Origin: Acutalibacteraceae bacterium
GTDB lineage: Bacteria > Bacillota > Clostridia > Oscillospirales > Acutalibacteraceae
Length of the DNA: 42,442 nucleotides
NCBI GenBank assembly: GCA_045615225.1
Contig: JAZLEK010000002.1
Location: 1 to 42,442, forward strand
Direction: 5' to 3'
The first letter of the stretch is position 1; the number at the start of each line of letters is the position of its first letter. Both the position numbers and the translations under genes were made by a program. The notes beneath the pieces were generated by a model. The model did no database searches. It was given only the letters and a program-made list of their open reading frames with translations, and was not told the origin of the DNA. Shown piece by piece: positions 16,152 through 25,459 of the stretch.

Positions 16152-18060
16152 AGATATGTACTCAAAAGATAACGAACAAATTGTCCCCGATGAAGCAACC
16201 AAAAGATATATTAAATCAAAGCTTATCGAAGAAGACAGAAAATCAAAGACAAAAATTAACTTAAATGCAATTATTGCAACGGCTCTTAGCCTTGTTTTAG
16301 CGGTTGGCGTAACCTTTATAGCAAAAAATCCTGCACCTCAAAATAATTATATAGGTGATGCGGCGCTTCTCGAAAATATGACCTATGACGGAATTTATGA
16401 GTCTATAAATTCCCGTATATCAAATGACAACAATTTTATCGGGTATATTACCGATGGCATAGCCTTTTTAACGGGCAGTCTTGCAAGAGATGACGTGGGA
16501 ACAGCTCAGCCCGAATCATCAAACTCAGGCGCAGACCTGGGTGAAGGCACCACAGGCACAGGCGACCCGGGTGAGTCTTCAACCACCAATAATCAGGTTC
16601 AGGGTGTCGATGAAGCAGACCTTGTTAAAAACGACGGTAAATATATCTATTCGGTTAAGGACGGCAACCTTATCGTTACCGATTCTAACGACGGGGACCC
16701 AAAAGTTGTAACCAAAAAGGGTCTTACCGACAAAGGCGAAACGGTATGCGGACTTTTTGTAAATGGCGACCGCATGGCTGTGCTTCTTAACAGTTACAGA
16801 TATGGCGATATCTATATAAGACTTCTCGTTTTAGATATTACTGATAAAGAAAATATAAATGTGTTAAGCGATAAAAAGCAGGACGGATATTACACCAATT
16901 CCCGTATGATAGACGGCACTGTTTATATGCTTTCAAACCATTCGGTAAGAAATAACGATATAGCAAAATCAAAACCCGAAACCTATGTTCCCTGTGTTGA
17001 CGGGGTTACGCTTCCTGCCGACAATATCTGTGTTATTGAAGAATTCGAAACCCCAAGTTATCTTGTTATTTCTTCGGTTGACCTTGAAAGCGGTGAAATT
17101 GTTGACAACACCGCAATTCTCGGCGGCGCCGAAAATGTTTACTGTAACAGCGAACATCTTTACTATACCTTCTCGAAATATGGGAAATTCGAAACCGATA
17201 ACCAAGTTGAATACAAAACCGAAACAACCATAGTTAAGCTCAGCCTTGAAAAAAGAAAAATTAAAACGGTTGCAACCGGCAAGGTTGAGGGCAGACTTCT
17301 TAACCAGTTTTCAATGGACGAATATGACGGAAATCTCAGAGTTGTTACAACACTTGACAGAGCAGTAACCTCAAGACAACCCTCATATTTTAACGGTGTT
17401 GTGTCGGGCACTTCCAAAAACGCTCTTTATGTGCTTGACAAAGACTTAAAGCAAATCGGCGCAATAGAAAATCTTGCCGAGGGAGAAAGAGTTTATTCGG
17501 TTCGTTTCGACGGTGAAATCGGTTACTTTGTAACCTTCCGTCAGGTCGACCCCCTCTTTACGGTAGACCTTTCTAACCCCAAAGAGCCCAAAATCTTAAG
17601 CGAACTCAAAATTCCCGGATTCTCGGAATATCTCCACCCCTACGGCGAAGGCAGACTCTTCGGCTTTGGCAAATCTGCAACCGAACAGGGCTCTGTTACA
17701 GGCCTTAAAATTTCAATGTTCGATGTAAGCGACCCCTCAAATGTTACCGAGCTTCATTTATTATCGGTTCCTGCCGAATGGTCCGAAGCAAGTGAAGACC
17801 ATAAAGCAATTATGGTTGACCACAATAAAAATATTATAGCCTTCTTAGCCGCCGACAACTATGCCAAAACAAGACTTTTTGTTTACGGTTACAGCGAAGG
17901 AAACGGCTTCTTTAAAAGAGCCGAAAGCTTTGTTGACGACAGCTATCATTTCGGCACCCGTTTTGTCTGGATAAACGACCATTTCTATCTCGTCAGCCAA
18001 AAGGGAATAACAACATTCTCTCTTGAAACTTTCGAAAAACTGACATTCCTCACATATTAA
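16144..18060 (+). CDS. Membrane-anchored beta-propeller domain protein, putative anti-sigma or sensor partner of the ECF sigma
   Basis: Its start overlaps the sigma stop by 8 nt. It has a roughly 40-aa cytoplasmic head, one TM helix (AIIATALSLVLAVGVTFIA), a low-complexity linker, then a domain resembling the secreted beta-propeller family (NNQVQGVDEADLVKNDGKYIYSV; FRQVDPLFTVDLSNP). Confidence 0.7.
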   Translation: MFKDMYSKDNEQIVPDEATKRYIKSKLIEEDRKSKTKINLNAIIATALSLVLAVGVTFIAKNPAPQNNYIGDAALLENMTYDGIYESINSRISNDNNFIGYITDGIAFLTGSLARDDVGTAQPESSNSGADLGEGTTGTGDPGESSTTNNQVQGVDEADLVKNDGKYIYSVKDGNLIVTDSNDGDPKVVTKKGLTDKGETVCGLFVNGDRMAVLLNSYRYGDIYIRLLVLDITDKENINVLSDKKQDGYYTNSRMIDGTVYMLSNHSVRNNDIAKSKPETYVPCVDGVTLPADNICVIEEFETPSYLVISSVDLESGEIVDNTAILGGAENVYCNSEHLYYTFSKYGKFETDNQVEYKTETTIVKLSLEKRKIKTVATGKVEGRLLNQFSMDEYDGNLRVVTTLDRAVTSRQPSYFNGVVSGTSKNALYVLDKDLKQIGAIENLAEGERVYSVRFDGEIGYFVTFRQVDPLFTVDLSNPKEPKILSELKIPGFSEYLHPYGEGRLFGFGKSATEQGSVTGLKISMFDVSDPSNVTELHLLSVPAEWSEASEDHKAIMVDHNKNIIAFLAADNYAKTRLFVYGYSEGNGFFKRAESFVDDSYHFGTRFVWINDHFYLVSQKGITTFSLETFEKLTFLTY

Positions 18061-18063
18061 TAT

Positions 18064-18094
18064 AAAAATACCGAGCGTTACGCTCGGTATTTTT
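18064..18094. terminator. Bidirectional intrinsic terminator between convergent genes
   Basis: ATACCGAGCG-TTA-CGCTCGGTAT is a 10-bp stem flanked by AAAA and TTTT. Confidence 0.8.
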
Positions 18095-19937
18095 ATGTTC
18101 TTATAATTGCGAAATTGTATGCGTCAAGGGTAAGGGTGTTGCCGTTTGGTTTGTTCCCGTAGAGAACCTCACCGTCTTTAAATCTTTCGGGGATTTCTAT
18201 AGTATCCGCATTACACCAACGGTTTGTTGCAATTAAAATTTCGCTGTCTTTGTCTTTGCGGACATACGCCATAGAGCCGAGACCCGATAAAACAGGGAAG
18301 AACTCTCCACTTTTAAATACAGCGTTTTCTTTACGTAGAGTGCCAAGCCACTTATAAAAGTCTATTAGCTCTGTGTCCTCATTGCCCCAAGGGTAAGTTC
18401 CTCGGCAGAACGGGTCGCCAAAGCCCTGCATACCTGCCTCATCTCCGTAATAAAGTGAGGGCACACCGGGGAGTGTATACTGTATAACCGATGCTAATTT
18501 TTGTTTTGCCTTTGCGAGATTATACTCTTCATTACTTAGTGTAAAATGCGATTGCTCGGCACGGGTAGCAGGGTAATATTTTGCGCCAAGACGGGTTAAA
18601 AGCCTTGGGGTATCGTGGGTGCCAAGATGGTTCATAAGTACGTCTATAGACTCTTTCGGGTAGTTTTCCAAAACCGAAGAAACCGCCTTTATAAAATCCT
18701 TTCCGTCACCGCCGTTTACATAGCTAATAATAGCATCGGCAAAGGGATAATTCATAACCGAGTCGAGCTGTTTGCCCCTTAAATATCTTCTTCTGTAACC
18801 GTAGCTTATTTTGTTGGTAGCGTCTTCCCAAACCTCTCCAAGCAAGAAGCCTTCAGGGTTTTCTGCTTTAATAGCAGAGCGTATATTGTCTAAAATACTG
18901 TCAGGCAATTCGTCGGCAACGTCAAGCCGCCAACCCTTTACACCCTTTCGCATCCAGTGGCGGATAACGCCGTTTTCGCCCGTAATATAATCGTCAAAGG
19001 AGGGTTCTTCTTCTACCGTTTCGGGAAGAGTTAATACACCCCACCAGGAATGATACTTATCAGGCCAATTCAAAAATTTAAACCACTTGAAGTAGGGGGA
19101 GTCTTGGTCGTTATATGCTCCGCCGTCACCATATCTGCCGTATTTGTTGAAGTATATGCTGTCATCACCGGTATGGGAGAAAACACCGTCTAAAATTACC
19201 GAAATACCAAGCTTTTCGGCATCATTGCAAAGGATTTCAAGGTCTTTTTCATCACCGAGCAGACTATCAATTTTAAAATAGTCGGCAGTATTGTATCTGT
19301 GGTTTGAATGGGCCTCAAAAATCGGGTTTAAATATATACAGGTAACCCCAAGAGATGCAAGGTAGGGAAGTTTTTCAAGGATACCCTCAAGGTCACCGCC
19401 ATAGTAGTCGTTACCCAGAGAACATGCTCCGTTCCCTTGCTTATATTCGGGTTCTTTTTCCCAATTATCGCAAAGAAAACGGTCGGCGGGAATATTCTTT
19501 TTAGCCTTGTCCGAACTCTTAAAGCGGTCGGGGAAAATCTGGTAAATAAGACCGCCCTTTAACCAGTCGGGAGTGGTATAGTTTTTATCGTAACAGGTCA
19601 GTTGCCACCAAGAGCCCTCGTGCGACACAGTACCGATTCCGTCTTCGTTTTTGGTAACCGAAAACTCACCGTAATCGCTTGTATAACAGAACTTATAGAA
19701 ATAAAGTCCTTCTTCAAAGCAAATATCAATTTCATAAGCTTTGTAATCATCAAACAAATCTCTGGGTGTCAGCTTGTGATAGACTGTCTCTTCACCGTCG
19801 CGGCGGACAACCAAAAAGGCATCGTGAACCTTTGCGTCTAAATGCAGTAAAAGCCGTAGCTTCAAGCTTTCGCCTGAAGCCACAGCGCCGAATTTGGATT
19901 TATATAAACTGTCGTGTGAATTAAACGGATAATACAC
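18093..19937 (-). CDS. Glycoside hydrolase family 13 alpha-glucosidase (neopullulanase/cyclomaltodextrinase-like)
   Basis: 614 aa with a GTG start. GH13 regions I-IV are present: DGVFSHTG, GWRLDVADE, GEVWED, NHLGTHDTPR. There is an N-terminal extra domain. Confidence 0.85.
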   Translation of the reverse strand: MYYPFNSHDSLYKSKFGAVASGESLKLRLLLHLDAKVHDAFLVVRRDGEETVYHKLTPRDLFDDYKAYEIDICFEEGLYFYKFCYTSDYGEFSVTKNEDGIGTVSHEGSWWQLTCYDKNYTTPDWLKGGLIYQIFPDRFKSSDKAKKNIPADRFLCDNWEKEPEYKQGNGACSLGNDYYGGDLEGILEKLPYLASLGVTCIYLNPIFEAHSNHRYNTADYFKIDSLLGDEKDLEILCNDAEKLGISVILDGVFSHTGDDSIYFNKYGRYGDGGAYNDQDSPYFKWFKFLNWPDKYHSWWGVLTLPETVEEEPSFDDYITGENGVIRHWMRKGVKGWRLDVADELPDSILDNIRSAIKAENPEGFLLGEVWEDATNKISYGYRRRYLRGKQLDSVMNYPFADAIISYVNGGDGKDFIKAVSSVLENYPKESIDVLMNHLGTHDTPRLLTRLGAKYYPATRAEQSHFTLSNEEYNLAKAKQKLASVIQYTLPGVPSLYYGDEAGMQGFGDPFCRGTYPWGNEDTELIDFYKWLGTLRKENAVFKSGEFFPVLSGLGSMAYVRKDKDSEILIATNRWCNADTIEIPERFKDGEVLYGNKPNGNTLTLDAYNFAIIRT

Positions 19938-19956
19938 TAACTTTTCTCCAAATTAA

Positions 19957-22359
19957 TTATTTTAATGGTGTAAGATTCCAAATATCTCTTGCGTAATCGT
20001 CAATAGAACGGTCTGCCGCAAAAATGCCCGAAGAAGCAATGTTTTCGAGGGACATCTTATTCCATTTTTCTCTGTCTGCATAGAGAGCGTTAACTTTTTC
20101 GTGAGCATTGCAGTAATCGGCAAAGTCGGCAGATGCCATATAATAATCCACCTGAGAGAAGGTGCGGTAAAGATTTTCGAAGGACTTACCGTCGATTCCT
20201 TTGCCGATAAAGTCAAGACATTCTTTTAAAAGAGCGTTGTTGGCAATATATTCAGCAGGGGAATAGCCGCGTTTTCTGAGCGCCATAACTTCGGGTGTAT
20301 GCATACCGAAAATTACAATATTATCATCGCCCACGGCTTCGTGAATTTCAACGTTAGCGCCGTCCTCTGTGCCAAGGGTAATAGCGCCGTTCATCATAAA
20401 CTTCATATTACCTGTACCGCTGGCCTCTGTTGAAGCAAGGGAAATTTGTTCGCTGATTTCTGCAGCAGGAATCATAAGCTCTGCCATAGTAACCCTGTAA
20501 TCCTCAAGGAAGAATACCTTAAGCTTATCCTTGCAGTCGGGGTCGTTCTCAATAACATTTGAAAGACAGGAAATAAGCTGAATAATCTGCTTTGCGAGTA
20601 AATAACCCGGAGCCGCCTTTGCGCCGAAGATATAGGTCTTGGGAGTAAAGGGAGCGGTAGGGTTCTTTTTGATAAAGAGATAATCGCTGATAATGTGAAG
20701 AACGTTAAGGTGTTGACGCTTGTATTCGTGAAGTCTTTTAACCTGCATATCGAAAATGGAATTGGGGTTAAGAACAACGCCTGTCTGAGCCTTGACATAT
20801 TTAGCAAAACGTTCTTTGTTTGCAAGCTTTATTGCATCTAACTTTTCAAGAACTGCTTTGTCATCCTTAAAATCACGGAGCTTTGCAAGTTCAGATGCAT
20901 CTTTTATAAAGCCGTCGCCGATAAGCTCGGTAATAAGGCTTGATAACTTGGGGTTAGACTGGCAAAGCCATCTTCTGTGAGCAATACCGTTTGTAACATT
21001 TGTGAACTTTTCGGGAGTAACTTTATAATAATCGTTGAAAAGGCTATCCTTAAGAATTTCGCTGTGAAGACGGGATACACCGTTTACGTGGTGAGAAGCG
21101 ATTACAGACAGATTTGCCATCTTAACCATACCGCCCGAAATAACTGCGGTACGCTCTACCATAGCGGCATCGCCTGTGCGGTTATAGGCTTCATAGCGGT
21201 AACGGTTGTCGATTTCCTTAACAATCTGATAAATTCTGGGAAGTCTTGTCTTAAAGAGTTCTTCGTTCCAACACTCAAGAGCTTCCTGCATAACGGTGTG
21301 GTTGGTATAAGCAATAGTCTTGGTAACAATGCTCCAAGCCTTATCCCAGTTATAACCGCATTCGTCAAGCAAGAAACGCATAAGCTCGGGAACAGATAAA
21401 GCAGGGTGAGTATCATTAATATGAATAGCAACCTTTTCACCAAGATTTTCAAGGGTGTTGTACTGACGAAGATGACGGTGCAAAATATCCTGAATAGAAG
21501 CGGAAACAAGGAAATATTGCTGACGAAGTCTGAGCGACTTTCCTTCAAAATGGTTATCTTCGGGGTATAACACCTTACTGATAGCTTCGCTTTGAGCCTG
21601 TTGCTCCATAGCGCCGACATAGTCACCGCGGTTGAATGCCGACATATTGAATTCGGGGGCCTTTGCGCTCCAAAGACGAAGTACATTTACGGTTTTACCG
21701 TCCTTACCCGCAACCATAAGGTCATAGGGAACAGCGCGAACGACGCTATAATCTTTGTGCTCAACATAATGGAAATTTCCGTCCCAGTTTTCGTCTATCC
21801 AACCGTCGAAGTGAACCTCACATTCGCTTGACGGACGGTGTTCAAGCCAAACCTCTCCGCCGGGAAGCCAATTATCAGGAAGCTCGGTCTGCCAACCTTC
21901 AACAAGCTTTTGACGGAAAATACCAAAATCATATTTAAGGCAGTAGCCCATAGCAGGGTAGGAGCCTGTTGACAGACCGTCAAGGAAGCAGGCTGCAAGA
22001 CGTCCAAGTCCGCCGTTGCCAAGACCTGCATCGGGCTCAAGCTCGTAAAGGTTGTTAAGGTCAACGTTAAAACCTTTAAGAGCCTTTGCCATTTTATCGG
22101 TAAGGTCAAGATTGTAAAGATTATTCTTAAGGGAACGTCCCATAAGGAATTCCATGCTTAAATAATATATGGTCTTTGCTTCTTTCTCGGCAACTTCCTT
22201 TTTGAAATTGCTTCTTCTTTCTCTCATAATATCGAGAAGAACCAGAACCGAAGCTTTGTAAAAAAGGTCGTCTGAAGCAACCGAAGCAGAAACACCGAAA
22301 TTATGGGAAAGTTTCTTTTCAATTTGCTCTTTTAAATATTTTATAGTGTATTCTTTCAT
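19957..22359 (-). CDS. glgP: Glycogen/maltodextrin phosphorylase
   Basis: 800 aa with the PLP-lysine motif EASGTGNMKFMMNGA. It lies 19 nt upstream of the GH13 gene, so an operon is likely. Confidence 0.95.
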   Translation of the reverse strand: MKEYTIKYLKEQIEKKLSHNFGVSASVASDDLFYKASVLVLLDIMRERRSNFKKEVAEKEAKTIYYLSMEFLMGRSLKNNLYNLDLTDKMAKALKGFNVDLNNLYELEPDAGLGNGGLGRLAACFLDGLSTGSYPAMGYCLKYDFGIFRQKLVEGWQTELPDNWLPGGEVWLEHRPSSECEVHFDGWIDENWDGNFHYVEHKDYSVVRAVPYDLMVAGKDGKTVNVLRLWSAKAPEFNMSAFNRGDYVGAMEQQAQSEAISKVLYPEDNHFEGKSLRLRQQYFLVSASIQDILHRHLRQYNTLENLGEKVAIHINDTHPALSVPELMRFLLDECGYNWDKAWSIVTKTIAYTNHTVMQEALECWNEELFKTRLPRIYQIVKEIDNRYRYEAYNRTGDAAMVERTAVISGGMVKMANLSVIASHHVNGVSRLHSEILKDSLFNDYYKVTPEKFTNVTNGIAHRRWLCQSNPKLSSLITELIGDGFIKDASELAKLRDFKDDKAVLEKLDAIKLANKERFAKYVKAQTGVVLNPNSIFDMQVKRLHEYKRQHLNVLHIISDYLFIKKNPTAPFTPKTYIFGAKAAPGYLLAKQIIQLISCLSNVIENDPDCKDKLKVFFLEDYRVTMAELMIPAAEISEQISLASTEASGTGNMKFMMNGAITLGTEDGANVEIHEAVGDDNIVIFGMHTPEVMALRKRGYSPAEYIANNALLKECLDFIGKGIDGKSFENLYRTFSQVDYYMASADFADYCNAHEKVNALYADREKWNKMSLENIASSGIFAADRSIDDYARDIWNLTPLK

Positions 22360-22546
22360 TAAGAAAACTCCTTATATAATTTGTATGATACAATAATACT
22401 TCAATATACAGAAAATTTCAAGTGTTGTAATAACAGAAAATTAATCAATAATTTGTATAAAATGCACAAAACAATACGATAATTTAAAATTAAATTAAAC
22501 ACAAAAGGTAAAAATCAACAAAAAACTTAAAAATATACGCGATAAC

Positions 22547-22587
22547 AAACGCCTCATTCGTTTTGAATGAGGCGTTTATCTTTTTTT
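22547..22587. terminator. Intrinsic terminator, structurally bidirectional
   Basis: AAACGCCTCATTC-GTTTT-GAATGAGGCGTTT is a 13-bp stem. The + strand has ATCTTTTTTT after it, and the minus strand has GTTAT after the stem's terminal TTT. Confidence 0.65.
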
Positions 22588-22588
22588 A

Positions 22589-22750
22589 TTATTCTTCTAC
22601 AGGTTCAAGCTCGTCGCTGTCGAAGGTGATATAACCGTCGGGACATTCCTTACGGGTGAGAAAACGTTCGACAAGAACAGTAACACCAACCGCCATTGTG
22701 ACAACGGCAACAATGCCTGTAAAAATCCAAAGTACATGCTTTGCCTTCAT
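22589..22750 (-). CDS. Small (53-aa) single-pass membrane protein, hypothetical
   Basis: Below the ORF-track cut-off. It reads MKAKHVLWIFTGIVAVVTMAVGVTVLVERFLTRKECPDGYITFDSDELEPVEE*, with an AAAGGTGG RBS 7 nt upstream and the terminator immediately downstream. Confidence 0.55.
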   Translation of the reverse strand: MKAKHVLWIFTGIVAVVTMAVGVTVLVERFLTRKECPDGYITFDSDELEPVEE

Positions 22751-22912
22751 TACCTACAACCACCTTTGTAAATTCGTTATCCTTATTATACCTCTAAAAT
22801 AATAATATGTCAACAAATACAAAATATACGATTTTGTAATTTTTTTAAAAAAGTAGAATTATTCATAAATATATGTTATAATAATTTTTAATTAATATTT
22901 TGGGGGTATTTT

Positions 22913-24187
22913 GTGTCTGTACAAAAATGTGAAATTGCAAAAGGGGTAGACGGCTACTATATCGAAAACTCCCGTTTCAATACAACGCTTATTACATATA
23001 ATTTTTATTTACCTTTAAATAAAAACGATATGGGAACAAAATCTCTTTTGCCTTATATTCTCACTTCCTGCAGTGATGAGTTCAGAGATTATATAGACCT
23101 TAATATTGCCCTTTTAGACCTATACGGCGCCGACCTTTCCTGCAGCGTTTCAAAGTGCGGTGATTGTTTTCATACAAAAATAGGGATTAGCATAATTAAT
23201 GATGAGCTTGCCTTTGAAAAAGACCTTCCCGTAAGCCGCGCGGCAAAAATGCTGTCTGCTTTGCTTTTTGCCCCCGCCGTATCAGACCAAACCTTTTTTG
23301 AAGAAGATATAAACAGAGAAAAGCGCAAAACTATCGAAAGGATAGAGGGCGAAATCAACAATAAAAGAGCCTTTGCCCGCACTCGTTTGCTTGAAGAAAT
23401 GTTCGAGGATGACCCTTACGGAAAGTTTATTTACGGAAGCGTTAAGGAAGTCGAAAAAATATCGGGCAGAGAGCTTTATACAGCTTGGCGCGAACTTCTG
23501 TCTTCGGCTTATGTCAGAATAAACGTAATCGGCAAAGAATTTCCTGCCGACGTTTTCTCTGCGGCAAAGGAATGTTTTTCAAATACCCAAAGAAATAACA
23601 TCACAGATACCGATATGGTTGTTTCGGTAAAAGAAGCCGAAGAAATAAGAGACATAACCGAACGCTTTGATGTTACTCAGGGCAAGCTTGCACTCGGCTT
23701 TACTTCAAAGCTTAAAGGAAACTTTAAAACTGCCGCGGCGCTGTCCTTGTTCAGCGATATTTTTGGCGGCGGACCTTATTCAAAACTGTTTTCAAATGTA
23801 AGAGAAAAACAGTCGCTTTGTTATTACTGTTCGGCATCTTCCCGCAGAACCAAGGGTATTATGCTTGTAGAATCGGGAATAGAAGAAGCCAACGCTCAAA
23901 AAACAATAGATGCCGCGCTTTTTGAACTTGAAGAGATGAAAAAGGGCAACTTTGATGATAGCGTAATTGAAGCGTCTAAAAAGGCTATTGTCGATTCGCT
24001 TTACGGCTATTCGGATAATGCCGCCGCGCTCGACATCTGGTACAGCCGAGAAATAAATGAAGACATTTCTCCTGCAGACGCTGTAAAAATCGTTATGAAC
24101 GTTACCCGTGAAGATATAATTGAAGCGTCGAAGGGTATAAAACTTCATACTATTTACCGCTTACTGCCGAAGGAGGTAAAACTTTAA
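22913..24187 (+). CDS. M16 (pitrilysin) family peptidase, non-catalytic subunit-like (no HxxEH)
   Basis: 424 aa with a GTG start after GGGGG. It has M16 C-terminal-like architecture but no zinc-binding HxxEH motif. Confidence 0.78.
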   Translation: MSVQKCEIAKGVDGYYIENSRFNTTLITYNFYLPLNKNDMGTKSLLPYILTSCSDEFRDYIDLNIALLDLYGADLSCSVSKCGDCFHTKIGISIINDELAFEKDLPVSRAAKMLSALLFAPAVSDQTFFEEDINREKRKTIERIEGEINNKRAFARTRLLEEMFEDDPYGKFIYGSVKEVEKISGRELYTAWRELLSSAYVRINVIGKEFPADVFSAAKECFSNTQRNNITDTDMVVSVKEAEEIRDITERFDVTQGKLALGFTSKLKGNFKTAAALSLFSDIFGGGPYSKLFSNVREKQSLCYYCSASSRRTKGIMLVESGIEEANAQKTIDAALFELEEMKKGNFDDSVIEASKKAIVDSLYGYSDNAAALDIWYSREINEDISPADAVKIVMNVTREDIIEASKGIKLHTIYRLLPKEVKL

Positions 24188-25455
24188 TGAAAACAACATT
24201 CTTTAAAAACGACCTTCTTGGCGAGTATAGCGTAACACAGCTTGACAACGGGCTTAGCATTTATATTATGGAAAAGCCCGGTTTTGATTCCACCTTTGCC
24301 CTTTATGGCACCAAATACGGTTCGATAAACACAAAATTCAGCCGTAACGGTGGGGAAGAGATAGAGGTTCCTGCAGGAATTGCCCATTTTTTAGAGCACA
24401 AGCTTTTTGAAAGCGAAGACGGAGATGCCTTTTCGCGCTTTGCGAAGACGGGCGCTTACTGTAATGCATATACCTCGTTTGATAAAACCTGTTATATTTT
24501 TTCTTGTTCAAAAAGTTTTGATAAAAACCTCGAAATTTTACTCGATTTCGTGCAATCGCCTTACTTTACCGCCGAAACGGTCGCAAAGGAACAGGGAATA
24601 ATCGGTCAGGAAATCAAAATGTATGAGGATAACCCCGGTTGGCGTGTTTTCTTTAATCTTCTTCGAGAGATGTATGAAAATCATCCTGTGAAAATTGATA
24701 TTGCAGGCACAGTCGATTCTATTGCTCAAATAGATGATAAACTGCTTTACGAGTGTTACAATACCTTTTATAACCCCGCTAATATGTTTATCTGTATTGC
24801 GGGTAATGTAGATACCGAAAAGGTGCTGAGTCAAATCGAAAAGGGTATTAAGCCCACCGAAGTCGTGACGGTAAAATCGGCAAAATTCACCGAACAAAAA
24901 GAGGTTAAAAATCATTATACGGAGCAAAGCCTTGAAGTGTCAAAACCACTTTTCTGTTTAGGCTTTAAAGATGTTTTCGAAGGGGAAAGACTGTCCCTTA
25001 AAGACAGAACTATAGCGGGAATTACTTTGGAAATTCTTTGCGGCGACTGTTCACCGCTTTACAGAAAGCTTTTGTCAGACGGCCTTATAGATAATGAACT
25101 ATCTTCCGAGCATTTTCAGGGTGAGGGCTATTCCGCCTTTATGATAGAGGGAGAAAGCGATGACCCTAAAGCCGTAGCAGAAGAAATTAAAAAAGAGATA
25201 AAAAAGCTTATCTTAAACGGAATAGATAATAAGCTTCTCACCGCGGTTAAAAAAGCGGCCTACGGCGATACCGTAAAACGCTTTGATTCTACCGACAACA
25301 TTGTTACCGATATGCTAGACTGCGCAATATCGGGCGATGGGCTTTTTGAAGAACTTGAAATTCTTAAAGAAATAACCGAACAAGATATTATTTGCTGTCT
25401 TGAAAAAATGACCGAAGAATCCTCGGTGCTTTCGGTTATAAAAAAGAAAGGATAA
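24187..25455 (+). CDS. M16 (pitrilysin) family zinc metallopeptidase, catalytic subunit-like
   Basis: 422 aa with an inverted zinc motif HxxEH (GIAHFLEHKLFE). TAATG overlap with the upstream M16 gene. Confidence 0.85.
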   Translation: MKTTFFKNDLLGEYSVTQLDNGLSIYIMEKPGFDSTFALYGTKYGSINTKFSRNGGEEIEVPAGIAHFLEHKLFESEDGDAFSRFAKTGAYCNAYTSFDKTCYIFSCSKSFDKNLEILLDFVQSPYFTAETVAKEQGIIGQEIKMYEDNPGWRVFFNLLREMYENHPVKIDIAGTVDSIAQIDDKLLYECYNTFYNPANMFICIAGNVDTEKVLSQIEKGIKPTEVVTVKSAKFTEQKEVKNHYTEQSLEVSKPLFCLGFKDVFEGERLSLKDRTIAGITLEILCGDCSPLYRKLLSDGLIDNELSSEHFQGEGYSAFMIEGESDDPKAVAEEIKKEIKKLILNGIDNKLLTAVKKAAYGDTVKRFDSTDNIVTDMLDCAISGDGLFEELEILKEITEQDIICCLEKMTEESSVLSVIKKKG

Positions 25456-25459
25456 GAGT

